24,000 bases of DNA from Mycoplasma wenyonii str. Massachusetts (GCF_000277795.1 NC_018149.1:317160-341159); one strand, 5' to 3'. Counted from the stretch's first letter, positions 10,147 to 20,710 are shown. The notes: generated by a model from the sequence alone, not told the origin. Numbers and translations are program-made.

Positions 10147-10623
10147 CTAAAGCTCCTCTGGTTTTGTATCCTTAGGCATTTGCTTTGCCTTTCAACTCTC
10201 AAATAATCTCTTAGATCAAATCTCTATATAGTCTCCAGTACCTACAAGATATAGGAATTGATCCTTTAGAGCTAACATAGATAGCAAATCTTCTGAGATA
10301 GTTATTCTGGATTTTGGGTCTATTTCAAAAGTTCTTGCAGCTCCAATAAATAATCTCTTAACTATTTGTCTTTCTTTCTCAGTGGCGCAATTCTCTACTC
10401 TATTACTAGAAAATCACTGAAAGAAACCTGGAGTTCACATAACCAAACAACCCACTTCATTCTTAGTAATAATTACTCTATCTCCCAGTAAGTGTCTTCA
10501 AGCTAAAGGGATAGTTACTCTATTCTTGTCATCAATTCTTTCTACGAAGGTACCAGAAAAGAAATATCTATAGATTGGATTACCTTTAGTTGGAACCGCC
10601 TTGTCTTCTTTTTTGAGTAACAT
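10147..10623 (-). CDS. mraZ: transcriptional regulator MraZ
   Basis: ATG 10623 to TAG 10147-10149. Shows the duplicated MraZ motif: FSGTFVERIDDKNRVTIPLAWRHLL and FEIDPKSRITISEDL. Confidence 0.85.
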
Positions 10624-10643
10624 AGATACTTTTATTTAAAGAA

Positions 10644-10964
10644 CTAAGAAAGTTTCTTTACTTCAGTAATCTCAAGTAAAGTATGTTTTGCTCTGAATCC
10701 CATTCTCTTTCTATGTCTCTTCTGAGAAATTAAATGCAAGATGTGTAACTTCTTATTTTTAATTTGTTTTATTACCTTACATTTAACTTCTAAGTTAGGA
10801 ATATAAGGCTTCCCTATTTTCTTTTTATAGAGTAATACATTAGAGAAACTAAGTTCATCACCTACATTAGTATCTCTAAGAAAATCAGACACTATCTTAT
10901 CTCCTATATTACAAAGATATTGTTTGTTCTTAATCTCAAAACATAATTCCATTTTCTTACTCAT
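10644..10964 (-). CDS. rplU: 50S ribosomal protein L21
   Basis: Track ORF 10644..10964 (106 aa) with true stop TAG. The L21-like sequence includes ...GKPYIPNLEVKCKVIKQIKNKKLHILHLISQKRHRKRMGFRAKHTLLEI. Confidence 0.85.
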   Translation of the reverse strand: MSKKMELCFEIKNKQYLCNIGDKIVSDFLRDTNVGDELSFSNVLLYKKKIGKPYIPNLEVKCKVIKQIKNKKLHILHLISQKRHRKRMGFRAKHTLLEITEVKKLS

Positions 10965-10980
10965 TATTTAAGGTTAAAGA

Positions 10981-11802
10981 TTATTCAAACACAAATGACT
11001 CAGATGTCTGACTATCATATTCATTCAATTTATCTAGAGTCTCTAAGTCTTTCTTATCTAATTTAATGTCTCTAGCTTTAATTAGCTCTCCTATTTCTTC
11101 TTCAGAGCTAGGAACAACAATAGGAGTGATCTCATGATTCACTAGATAAGCAGCTAATAAGGTCTTAAGAGAGACTTCATACTTTTTCGCCATATCTAGT
11201 AATACAGTATTCTTTTCATTCTTAGCATAGTTACCAAAAGGAGTGTGTCCATGTAACTCAATATTGTTTTCTTTACAATAGTGAATTCTGTCTCATCTCA
11301 TATTGTTCACAGAACACTCATATTGAACAACATCTGGCAATACCCCAGTTTGTTGGTGAAACCAAACAATCATATCTTTATCAAAGTTACACAACCCTAT
11401 TCTCTTGGTTAAAGAGTTATTCTTACAGGAAACTAGTTGTTTGTAAGCAGATAGGTTCTGCTCCATATTATTAGAAGGTCTGTGTAGGAAATAAGTATGC
11501 ATAATAGTGTCTGCACCTATTTTGCTTAAAGAGAACTTAAGAGATTTAATAATTCCTCCAGTGAATTGAGAAGGTCAAACCTTAGATTGAAAGTAGGGAA
11601 TAAATTCAAACTTACTTTCTGATCTTTTTAGACTCTTAAGTGCTAGCCCAATAATAGCTTCATTACCATACTTTCAACCGCAGTCCACAAAGTCATAGTT
11701 GTGTTCATTAGCAGCTTTTAGATAAGGAGCTAATATCTCAATAATTCTCAGAGACTCAGTACCAAAACCAACCTTTGGAGTGTATTTGGTATTTGCAGAC
11801 AT
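10981..11802 (-). CDS. aldo/keto reductase family oxidoreductase (273 aa)
   Basis: ATG 11802 overlaps the rpsI stop (TAATG). Track ORFs 11293..11502 and 10981..11193 share its frame and are joined by TGA. AKR motifs include DFVDCGWKYGNE, FLHRP and GLCNFD. Confidence 0.8.
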
Positions 11803-12245
11803 TATCTCTTAGTGAATTGAGGAGATCTTCTAGCTTTGTATTTACCTATTTTCTTTCTTTCCTTAACTCTGTGATCTTGAGTTAGTAACTTTGCTTTCTT
11901 AAGAGAGCTTCTCATTTCAGGATAGTACTTTAATAGAGCTCTAGCAATAGCTAATACAATAGCTTGAGCTTGTGCACTATTCCCTCCACCCTTAGGAAAT
12001 GCCTTTACAGAATACTTTTCTCCTAGTAATCTAGCAGGAAGGAATGAGAAAGGACTTAAGAGAATAGGAGTAAGGTATTCATTTTTAAAGTAATCCACAG
12101 GACTACTTATCTTGTATTCTCCATCTCTCTTGGTATATATAAGTAATTCATGTTCTTGTTTGCTTTCTGATTTAGGTAATTGAGTGAGAATAATATTTAC
12201 TCTACTCTTTTTTCTCTTAGAGAATGCTCTAACTTCTGTATTCAT
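11802..12245 (-). CDS. rpsI: 30S ribosomal protein S9
   Basis: Track ORF (147 aa) ending ...GGGNSAQAQAIVLAIARAL...DHRVKERKKIGKYKARRSPQFTKR, the typical S9 C-terminus. Confidence 0.9.
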   Translation of the reverse strand: MNTEVRAFSKRKKSRVNIILTQLPKSESKQEHELLIYTKRDGEYKISSPVDYFKNEYLTPILLSPFSFLPARLLGEKYSVKAFPKGGGNSAQAQAIVLAIARALLKYYPEMRSSLKKAKLLTQDHRVKERKKIGKYKARRSPQFTKR

Positions 12246-12494
12246 TAGAGAGAAAGATTTATTTTATTTTCAATCGATTAAACTTAGTTTTTCAATTGTG
12301 ACAAGCAAAAAGTCACTAATTAAATAAACAGAACACCACTTTTAATTTTATTTTTCAGAATTAAACTTAAAATTTTGTCTTTTGTTCCTTAATTTTAAAG
12401 GAGCACTGAGTGTTCACAATTTCTGCTTAGATTTTTAGCAATCAAAGCCTTAATCTGCTAAAATGAGTAGAAAGTTCTTACAAGACAGCTGTTA

Positions 12495-14897
12495 ATGACT
12501 GATAGTTCCAATCTACAAGCATTCAACAATGCCTTACCACTTTTAATTTCTAGAAATCTAGTAGTATTCCCCTTTACCAAGAGTGTTATTGAGGTTGGTA
12601 GAGAATGTTCTCTAGCTTCTATTAAGTATTCACTCTCTGAATGTAAGGGAGAGCTAATAATACTAGCACAAAAAGACTATGATATTGATTTCCCCTTACC
12701 AGTAGATCTATATAGAGTTGGAACACTTTCAAAGGTTAGTGTGCTTAAAGAACACAAAGATGGTTCTTTAACAGTTAAGGTAGAGGGGCTTCAAAGAGTA
12801 AAGATTGATCACCCAAAGATCACCAGAAAAACAGGATATGAAATACTTGGTTCTATGTGATTTGCTAACTATGAATTACTTAAGGAAAGAAATACCTCTT
12901 TCCTGAAAAACAAATCAGATATAGAACAACTATTTAAGTACTTTGAAGAGCTGTTTGATGTAAAAGGAAGTGATTACGAAGAGATCAAACAACTATTTAC
13001 AGCAGAAAAAACAGAAGGATCTAATAAAGACTCCTGTTGTAAGTTAATAGATAAATTATGTAGTTTTTGACCACAAGGAGAAAGAGATGGAGTAGAGATT
13101 AAGCAAAAGTGACTAGAAGAGTTAAGTGTTTCCAGAAGAATAACTCTGATGCTAGATTATGAATATTTATCAGAGGCAGAGAAAGATGAAATTAATAGCT
13201 CTATCTCTAAGAAGGTAAATAGAAATATCTCTAAGCAACAGAGAGAGTTCTATCTTAGAGAGAGAATAAAGGTTATTAAGGAAGAGTTAGGAGAAGGTAT
13301 CTCTAGAGATGGAGAGCTACAAAAGTTCAGAGATTGATTAAAGAAAGAGAAAGCCCCAGAACACATTAAAGAGAGAGTAAAGGAAGAGATAAAGAAATTA
13401 GAGTATTCAAGTGTTATTTCCTCCAATGAAAGTTTGATTACTCACACTTACTTAACTTGACTAATCTCTCTTCCTTGAGATAAGAGCTCTAAAGACCAAA
13501 AGGTTATCTCAAAAGTTCAAAAAGAATTGGATAAGAACCACTATGGATTAGATAAAGCTAAAGAGAGAATATTAGAGTTTGTGGCTGTACAGAAGAAAAC
13601 TAAGAATCTTCATGGAACAATTATTTGCTTATCTGGACCTCCAGGAGTAGGTAAGACCTCTTTAGCTCAATCTATAGCTAAAGGACTTAAGAGAGAGTGT
13701 GTAAAGATCTCACTAGGAGGTTTAAGTGATGAAGCTGAGATAAGAGGTCACAGAAAAACTTATATTGGAGCTATGCCTGGAAGAATTATTAAGGGATTAA
13801 AGCAAGCAAAGGTAAATAATCCTGTATTAATACTTGATGAGATAGACAAGATAGTAAGTAGTGGACATGGAGATCCTCTATCAGCCTTACTAGAGGTATT
13901 AGATCCTAAGCAAAACGATAAGTTTGTAGATAACTACATAGAAGAAGAGGTAGATCTCTCAAAGATTATGTTCATAGCTACAGCTAACTATGAAGATAAT
14001 ATCCCTGAGGCTTTGTTAGATAGATTAGAGATTATTAGACTAACCTCCTACACAGAAAAAGAGAAATTAGCTATTGCAAAGAATGGACTAATTAATGAGG
14101 TATTAGAAGAACATGGATTAAAGGAAGAGGAGCTTATCTTCTCAGATGAAGCAATTACCTACATCATTCAGAGATATACAAGAGAGGCTGGAGTTAGAAA
14201 TCTAAGACAGTGTTTATCTCAAATAGCTAGAAAGTTCATTCAAAGACAAGAGTTAGATAAAGAGTTAAAGGAATTGAAGGTTGAAGTTGAGGTAGTTAGA
14301 GAGTATCTTTCAAAGGAAAAATATGAACACACAGTTAAGGACGAACTCTCAATACCTGGAGTGGTTAATGGAATGGCCTATACAGAATATGGGGGAGATC
14401 TTCTTCCTGTAGAAATTAATTACTACTCTGGAAAAGGTAACTTAATACTTACTGGAAATCTAAGAGATACTATGAAAGAATCCGCTAGTGTTGCACTCTC
14501 TTACATAAAAGCCAATGAAAGTGAATTTAAGTTAGGAGACACTAAGTGATCTGATATAGATATCAACTTACATGTACCAACTGGAGGAGTTCCAAAAGAT
14601 GGTCCTTCAGCAGGTATTACCATTACTACAGCTATTTTGTCTGCCTTTAGAAAGGTACCTATTCCAAGCAATATAGCTATGACTGGGGAGATGACTCTTA
14701 GAGGTAAGGTATTACCAATAGGAGGGCTTAAGGAAAAAGTTATCTCTGCTGTTAGAGGGGGAGTGGATACTATCTTTTATCCAAAAGAAAGTGAAAGACA
14801 TCTAGAAGATATTCCAGAAGAGATACTAAGTAAGATCCGACTAAAACCTATAAGACATTATTCAGAGTTATATAAGGAATTGTTTTCTAATAAATAG
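12495..14897 (+). CDS. lon: ATP-dependent Lon protease (800 aa)
   Basis: Track ORFs 12495..12860, 13149..13337, 13527..14549 and 14637..14897 are one frame joined by TGA-Trp codons (12858-13149 checked codon by codon). Motifs include Walker A GPPGVGKTS, Walker B LILDEIDK and protease motif PKDGPSAG. Confidence 0.95.
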
Positions 14898-14919
14898 GTT
14901 TTTAGAATATTAGAAAACA

Positions 14920-15506
14920 ATGTTCATTGCAAGAGTACTTTTTACTGGAATTGCTAGTTCAGTAGGAATAGGTGGTTTAGTTCCTCTATCTTCTCTTGTG
15001 GGGGGGGCGATCCAACAGCCTGAATAGTTAATTCTAGAGATTCTTTTCCTTTATTCACTTGTTCAAACAATAGTCATAATATAAAGATCTCTTTAACTCC
15101 CAAGGGCGGCAAAAACAATTTAACAACTGGAAAAGAAATTGTTTTTAAGGGATATGACGAAAAGAATAAAAGATCAGTTGAGTTGTATGATAGAGATTTT
15201 GCTGGATTATCACCATTTGAATTAATCATTTTTCAATCTGGCACAAGCAAGTTAACTGAAGCAGGATCGGGAATGGACAGTTACAAATATGGCGGAGATC
15301 TTTATTGTGAAGGAAATGTGTTTAAGGTTGAAACTTACAACCAAAATTTTGGGGAAGATAAACAATGATCAAAAGGATTTGAAAAAATCAATTTGACTTT
15401 AGGTCAATGTGACAGTAAAAATGGAAGACAAGAATGTTCTATTGTGTTTGGAGGAGATGTTGGTCTTAAGTGAAAAGAAGAATTTAAGCCAAGAGTAATT
15501 ATTTAG
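14920..15506 (+). pseudogene. array copy A (subfamily 1), poly-G switch, phase OFF
   Basis: ATG 14920. Leader is MFIARVLFTGIASSVGIGGLVPLSSL. G8 lies at 15000-15007. The leader frame stops at TAG 15025-15027. The body frame (contains track ORF 15183..15368) is open from the tract to TAG 15504-15506. G9 or G6 would fuse them. Confidence 0.65.
15000..15007 (+). repeat. G8 homopolymer, copy A
   Basis: Counted directly: cttgtGGGGGGGGcgatcc. Confidence 0.9.
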
Positions 15507-15531
15507 TTCAAATTAATCGTTACAGGTAGAT

Positions 15532-16137
15532 ATGCTTATTCCAAAGGTTTTTTTCCTTGGTTTAGCAAGTTCAGTAGGGATAGGTAGTCTGGTGCCATTA
15601 TCTTCTCTTACGGCGAAGGGAGATGATCCAACAGCCTGAATAGTTAATTCTAGAGATTCTTTTCCTTTATTTACTTGTTCAAGCGATAGCGGTAGTCATA
15701 AGATAAAGATTTCTTTAAAGTTCGAAAACAATTCCGCAGGAACAAATAATAAAAAGATTATTTTTGAAGGCTATGATGAGATTCAACGAAAATCATTTGG
15801 TCTATATGACACAGAACAAGCAAATTTAGCTCCCGTTAAATTAATCATTTATGGAACAGGTACTGTAAAGTTGGTTGACGCAGGATCAGGAATGGATAGC
15901 TATCAACTTCCCTCAAGTGGGCTGTCTTGTAAACCAAATATTTTTGAAGTTACCAAGTACAACGGAAATTACGGGCATGAACTTAGCGATAAGCAATGGG
16001 AAAAAGAATTCAAAGATATCGCACTTACTTTAGGTGATTGTGTTGATAAAGATGGAAGCAAAGAATGTCTAATAAATATTGGAGATCAAGTTGGATTGAA
16101 GTGAAAAACAGAATTTACACCAAAAGCAATTATTTAA
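15532..16137 (+). CDS. array copy B (subfamily 1), tract interrupted, constitutively in frame (201 aa)
   Basis: ATG 15532 to TAA 16135-16137 in one frame (includes track ORF 15871..16104). GCGAAGGGAGATGAT replaces the G run. The product reads ...SSLTAKGDDPTAWIVNSRDSFPLFTC...ECLINIGDQVGLKWKTEFTPKAII. Confidence 0.8.
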
Positions 16138-16225
16138 TTTCAGAGAAGCAGTTACTGAATTAAAGTCCACAAACACTAAAGATATATAGTACTTTTCTAG
16201 AATTCAAATAAACAGTTAAATAGGG

Positions 16226-16816
16226 ATGTTGATTCCTAAATTATTTCTTGGATTAGCCAGTACAGCGGGAATAGGTGGTTTAGTCTCCTTGTCTTCGATT
16301 GCAGGGGGGGGAGACGATCGCAATATCTGAAGAGTAAATTCTCAAACATCTTTTCCACTATTTACTTGTAGCCTCTCTGGTTCTAAAATATCTGTTTCCC
16401 TAAAACTTAAGGAAGGCATAGGTCAATTACAAGACAATAAGCAGGTAGAATTTTGAGGCGACGGAAACGCAGAAGGAGAAACAATAAATTCAGTTAATTT
16501 AAGTAGTTCTGCAACTACAAATTTAAAAGAATATAAGTTAACTATTTTTAAAACATCTGGAAGAAGCAAGTTAGAAGTAAAAACAGATAGAGGCAGTAGC
16601 TTAAGTGAGACTCTCTGGTGTGATACCAATGTTTTTAAAGTTACAAAAGAGACAATAACATCAGGAATTTCTCAGGCATGAGAGAATGGATTTGATCAAA
16701 TCAAGCTGACTCTAAGTGATTGCGATGGAAATGGAAGAAGAGGGTGTTCAATAAAGATTGGTGATCAAGTTGGCTTGGAGTGAGCAAATGACTTTAAACC
16801 AAAAGTAATTATTTAG
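16226..16816 (+). CDS. array copy C (subfamily 2), poly-G switch, phase ON (196 aa)
   Basis: ATG 16226. Leader is MLIPKLFLGLASTAGIGGLVSLSSIA. G8 at 16304-16311 is read as GGG-D. The frame is open through TGA codons to TAG 16814-16816 (checked codon by codon over the first 300 nt). C-terminus is CSIKIGDQVGLEWANDFKPKVII. Confidence 0.8.
16304..16311 (+). repeat. G8 homopolymer, copy C
   Basis: Counted directly: attgcaGGGGGGGGagacg. Confidence 0.9.
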
Positions 16817-16872
16817 TTGCAGAGAGCTCCAATAACAGTTACAGTAGCTCATAAAATCCAAAGGTTAAAAAA

Positions 16873-17493
16873 ATGCTTGTAGGATTTAAGCTCGCTTCTT
16901 TATTTACTCTTGGAGTTGCATTAAGTGGAGCTGTAGCCCTTTCTTCCAAAAAAGGATGTACTTTTCTTAAGGATCAAGAGAACTTAACAAAAACAGTTGA
17001 ATATGAATATCCATTATTTAGCTGTTCACACAACAAACAAGAAAAGTATCGTTTTTATTTGGTATTAAAAAGTACTCCTCAATCTTCAGGAAAACCTGAA
17101 CACAAAGTATTCTTAGAAGGTTATGATGTCAAGAAAGGTGAAAAAATGAACTTTCAAGAAAAGATAGAAGGAACTCCAAACTATCAATGACAACTTCAAG
17201 TGTTCAGCGACAAAATAAAGATCTCAACACTTACTGGGGCGGAAGGAAATTTGTATGGCTCTGAAGATGCTTATTGCAATCTAGGTGAATTGCAAGTTAC
17301 TGAGAAAGACAGCTCTTGAGATAGAACGGGAATATTATGAGAAAAAGCAATTAAGAATATAGAGTTTGAGTTAAAGGGTTGTGAAAAGGGAATAGTCGGA
17401 GAGAGTTGCGAAATTCAAATTAAAGAAGGAGTTAAGTTAAAGTGAGGGGTACCATTAAAGCCTAAAGAAATCTTTTGCTCTTCTCGAATTTAG
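16873..17493 (+). CDS. array copy D (subfamily 3, no tract), 206 aa
   Basis: ATG 16873. Track ORF 16873..17190 extends through TGA codons to TAG 17491-17493. The product includes ...YPLFSCSHN...WQLQVFSDKIKISTLTGAEGNLY...CEIQIKEGVKLKWGVPLKPKEIF. Confidence 0.75.
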
Positions 17494-17521
17494 TAATTAA
17501 TACACCTAAAATTGAAAAATA

Positions 17522-18108
17522 ATGTTCATAGCAAGAGTACTTTTTACTGGAATTGCTAGTTCAGTAGGAATAGGTGGTTTAGTTCCTCTATCTTCTCTTA
17601 TAGCGGGGGGGGCGATCCAACAGTTTGAATAGTTAAATCTAAAGATTCTTTTCCTTTATTCACTTGTTCAAACAATAGTCATAATATAAAGGTTTCTTTA
17701 GCTTTTAAGGAAAATACACATGATTTAAGCGAGAGAAAAGAAATTGTTTTTAAGGGCCATAACGAAAATAGCAAAGAAGAGATTAGTTTACATGATGATG
17801 ACCAAGCTGGAGTAGCGCCATTTAGATTAACTATTTTTGGAACAGGAACAGTTAGGTTGGATGAAACAGGAAATTGAGAATATAGCCACAAATATGGTGG
17901 AAATCTTATTTGCGATAGAAATGTTTTTCATGTAACCAAATTTCAAGATTATGGAGGCGAACAGCAATGAGAAAAAGAATTTAAGGCAATTTCACTTTCT
18001 TTAGTTGGCTGTGAGGATAAAAGTGGAAGGAAAGAATGTTCTATAAATATCGGAAGTGGAGTTGATCTAGAGTGAAAAAATGACTTTAAACCAAAAGTAA
18101 TTATTTAA
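17522..18108 (+). pseudogene. array copy E (subfamily 1), poly-G switch, phase OFF
   Basis: ATG 17522. The leader differs from copy A at 1 of the first 78 nt. G8 lies at 17605-17612. The leader frame stops at TAG 17630-17632. The body frame is open to TAA 18106-18108 (...FPLFTCSNNSHNIKVSLAFKE...ECSINIGSGVDLEWKNDFKPKVII). G9 or G6 would fuse them. Confidence 0.65.
17605..17612 (+). repeat. G8 homopolymer, copy E
   Basis: Counted directly: atagcGGGGGGGGcgatcc. Confidence 0.9.
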
Positions 18109-18133
18109 CTATTGTGAATTATTTAAATTTCTT

Positions 18134-18748
18134 TTGTTAGGTCTAAAGTTACTTTTTGCAGGTACTGCTGGATTAATAGGCAGTTGTATTTACTCTGCCT
18201 CTATGCCTGTAATAAACAATTCTCTTAAGCCAATCTCTTTTTGAGAAATAGGAGAGAACGATGTCTTTCCTTTATTTACCTGTAGAGGTGGAGGCAATCA
18301 TTATCAACTCGGACTAGCTTTTAAAAAAGAAGAGGGGGCGACAAAAAAGAAGAAAGAGAGACTTTATTTAAGGGGTTGAGATTTTAAAAACAATAAAGAG
18401 CTTGATTGGAATGAACTGGTAGGGTCAAACAACTACGATAAATTTTGACAGTTGCAAGTATATTCCACTGGTGCAACAAAATTAGAAACATTATCTGGAG
18501 CTGAAGGACATTTATATAGTCAACATGATGCGCCTTGTGAAGGCAATAAATGGAGAGTTACTAAACCAACATATACGAGTGGAACAGAATGAACTAATAG
18601 TGTTTCAAAGATTACATTAGAAGCAAAAGATTGCAATGATGATCTTACCAATGAAGGTTGCAAAATAACTATTAATTCAGATGTTGGACTTCAATGAAAC
18701 CCTGAATTAGAAAAACAACTAACTTTTAGTAAAGCAAGCGGTAGATAG
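18134..18748 (+). CDS. array copy F (subfamily 3, no tract), 204 aa
   Basis: TTG 18134 is the first start after in-frame TAA 18098-18100. Leader is MLGLKLLFAGTAGLIGSCIYSAS. The product includes ...VFPLFTCRGGG...WQLQVYSTGATKLETLSGAEGHLY...GCKITINSDVGLQWNPE and ends at TAG 18746-18748. The start codon choice is uncertain. Confidence 0.65.
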
Positions 18749-18788
18749 AAAGCTTATTTAGAATAGAGAAATAAGTTTCCAATAATTT

Positions 18789-19394
18789 ATGCTAGTTGCA
18801 AGAGTACTTTTTACTGGACTTGCTAGTGCAGTAGGAATAGGCGGTGTAGTTTCTGTGTCTTCTTCTGTGTCTGGGGGGGGCGATCCAACAGTTTGAAAAG
18901 TAGACTCTTCAAACTCCCCTTTCCCCCTGTTTTCTTGTAGTAACTACAAAAGTCAGATATTAATTTCCCTGAAATTTGAAGAAACTCCATTGACTCCACC
19001 CACAAATGGTAAGAAAATAAAATTCCACGGTAGCGAAAAATACACCGGCGAAGAAATTAGTTTATATGGTAGTTCTTCAGGTGCAGACAACACACAACCA
19101 TACAAATTAACTGTTTTTAAGGACGGAAGTGGTAATGGCAAATTAACAACAGATAATTTTGAAATTAATAAAAAATATGGTACAGATCTTTGATGTTACC
19201 CTACCTCCTTTAAAGTAACATCTGACACTTCCGACTCCTCTAACAATTCTCCTAAAACATTTGAAAGTATCTCTTTAACTCTTGAAAGTTGTGCTCCGCG
19301 AGGAGAAGGCAAAAAGCAAGAGTGTTCAATAAAAATCGAAGGGAGTTCCGGGTTTAGCTGAAGAGATGACTTTAAGCCAAAGGTGATTATTTAG
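18789..19394 (+). CDS. array copy G (subfamily 1), poly-G switch, phase ON (201 aa)
   Basis: ATG 18789. Leader is MLVARVLFTGLASAVGIGGVVSVSSSVS. G8 at 18873-18880 is read as GGG-D. It is in frame with track ORF 18990..19193 and runs on to TAG 19392-19394. C-terminus is ECSIKIEGSSGFSWRDDFKPKVII. Confidence 0.8.
18873..18880 (+). repeat. G8 homopolymer, copy G
   Basis: Counted directly: gtgtctGGGGGGGGcgatcc. Confidence 0.9.
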
Positions 19395-19482
19395 TTGCAG
19401 AGAATTAGTTACTGAATTACAGCCCATAAGCACTAAATATATATTTAGACTTCTCTAGAATTCAAGTAAATAGTTAGATAAT

Positions 19483-20069
19483 ATGTTGATTCCTAAATTA
19501 TTTCTTGGATTAGTTAGCGTAACCGGAATAAGTGGTTTGGTCTCATTATCTTCCGTCGCGGGGGGGATACTCGGGATATTTGAAGAGTAAGCACTAATCC
19601 AACTTTTCCTTTATTTACCTGTAAGCAAGGTTCAGTAAAGGTTTGAATTTCACTGGAATTAAAAAATAAAGAAAGTCCGCTCAAGTTATCGAATAACGGC
19701 GAGATTATCCTTGTTGGGCGCGAAAATAACTCAGAAGAACAAACAATAAGCTCAAGAGTTGCTGGATCTTCAAATACAAAAAAATACAAATTAAGTGTTT
19801 TTTCTTCGGGAAGCAGTAATTTAGAAGTAAAAGAGAATAGTAGCGACTATGGCACGGTAATCTGATGTAGTACCAATGTTTTTAAAGTTACAGGAGAAAT
19901 GAGTCGAGTTTCGGGTAGCAATTCTACATCCTGATCAAAGAATTTTGATCAAATCAAAATGAATCTAAATGATTGCGATAAAAACGGCAGAAAAGAATGT
20001 TCTATAAATATCGGTAGTGATGTTGGACTTAAGTGAAAAGATGATTTCCAACCAAAAGTAATTATTTAA
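19483..20069 (+). pseudogene. array copy H (subfamily 2), poly-G switch, phase OFF
   Basis: ATG 19483. G7 lies at 19560-19566. The leader frame stops at TAA 19588-19590. The body frame is open to TAA 20067-20069 (...DTRDIWRVSTNPTFPLFTCKQGS...ECSINIGSDVGLKWKDDFQPKVII). G8 would fuse them. Confidence 0.65.
19560..19566 (+). repeat. G7 homopolymer, copy H
   Basis: Counted directly: gtcgcGGGGGGGatact. Confidence 0.9.
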
Positions 20070-20123
20070 CCCAAAAAGAGATATATAGTACTTTTCTAGA
20101 ATTCAAGTAAATAGTTAGATAAT

Positions 20124-20710
20124 ATGTTGATTCCTAAATTATTTCTTGGATTAGTTGGTTCGGCAGGGATTGGGGGTGTAGTCTCACTATCTTCTATTGC
20201 GGGGGGGGCGACGCCCGCAATGTCTGAAGAGTAAATTCTCAAACATCTTTTCCACTATTTACTTGTAGCCTCTCTGGTTCTAAAATATCTGTTTCCCTAA
20301 AACTTAAGGAAGGCATAGGTCAATTACAAGACAATAAGCAGGTAGAATTTTGAGGTGATGGAAAAATCGGCCCAATCAACTTAAGTGAGACTAGCCCTTC
20401 AAGCCAAAAAACATATAAATTAACAGTTTTTAAATCTCGTGGAAAAAGTCAGTTAGAAGTAGGGGGAGATGGCAGTAGTGGCTTAGGCGAGACTCTTTGA
20501 TGCGATACTAATGTTTTTAAAGTTATAGAAGGGCGAGCAACAACAATTCATGGAAGCGCCTCTCAAGGTATATTAAAAGAACTAAAAGATATTTCACTTA
20601 CTTTAGAAGAAGGTTGCTCAAAAGATAACAAAAAAGAATGCTCAATAAAGGTTGGTGATCAAGTTGGCTTGGAATGGGCAGATGACTTTAAACCAAAAGT
20701 AATTCTTTAG
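20124..20710 (+). pseudogene. array copy I (subfamily 2), poly-G switch, phase OFF
   Basis: ATG 20124. G8 lies at 20201-20208. The leader frame stops at TAA 20232-20234. The body frame is open to TAG 20708-20710 (...WRVNSQTSFPLFTCSLSGSKISVSLKLKEG...ECSIKVGDQVGLEWADDFKPKVIL). G9 or G6 would fuse them. Confidence 0.65.
20201..20208 (+). repeat. G8 homopolymer, copy I
   Basis: Counted directly: attgcGGGGGGGGcgacg. Confidence 0.9.

Noticed and set aside
12380-12494. Possible CIRCE (HrcA operator, TTAGCACTC-N9-GAGTGCTAA) upstream of lon.
   Set aside because: Only a weak partial dyad (GAGCACTGAGTGTTC) and a TAAAAT box are present. The spacing and sequence do not match the CIRCE consensus well enough to call.
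12463-12495. A 10-codon upstream ORF (MSRKFLQDSC) whose TAA overlaps the lon ATG (TAATG).
   Set aside because: It is too short and has no conservation evidence. It could be chance in AT-rich DNA. Noted only as a possible leader peptide.
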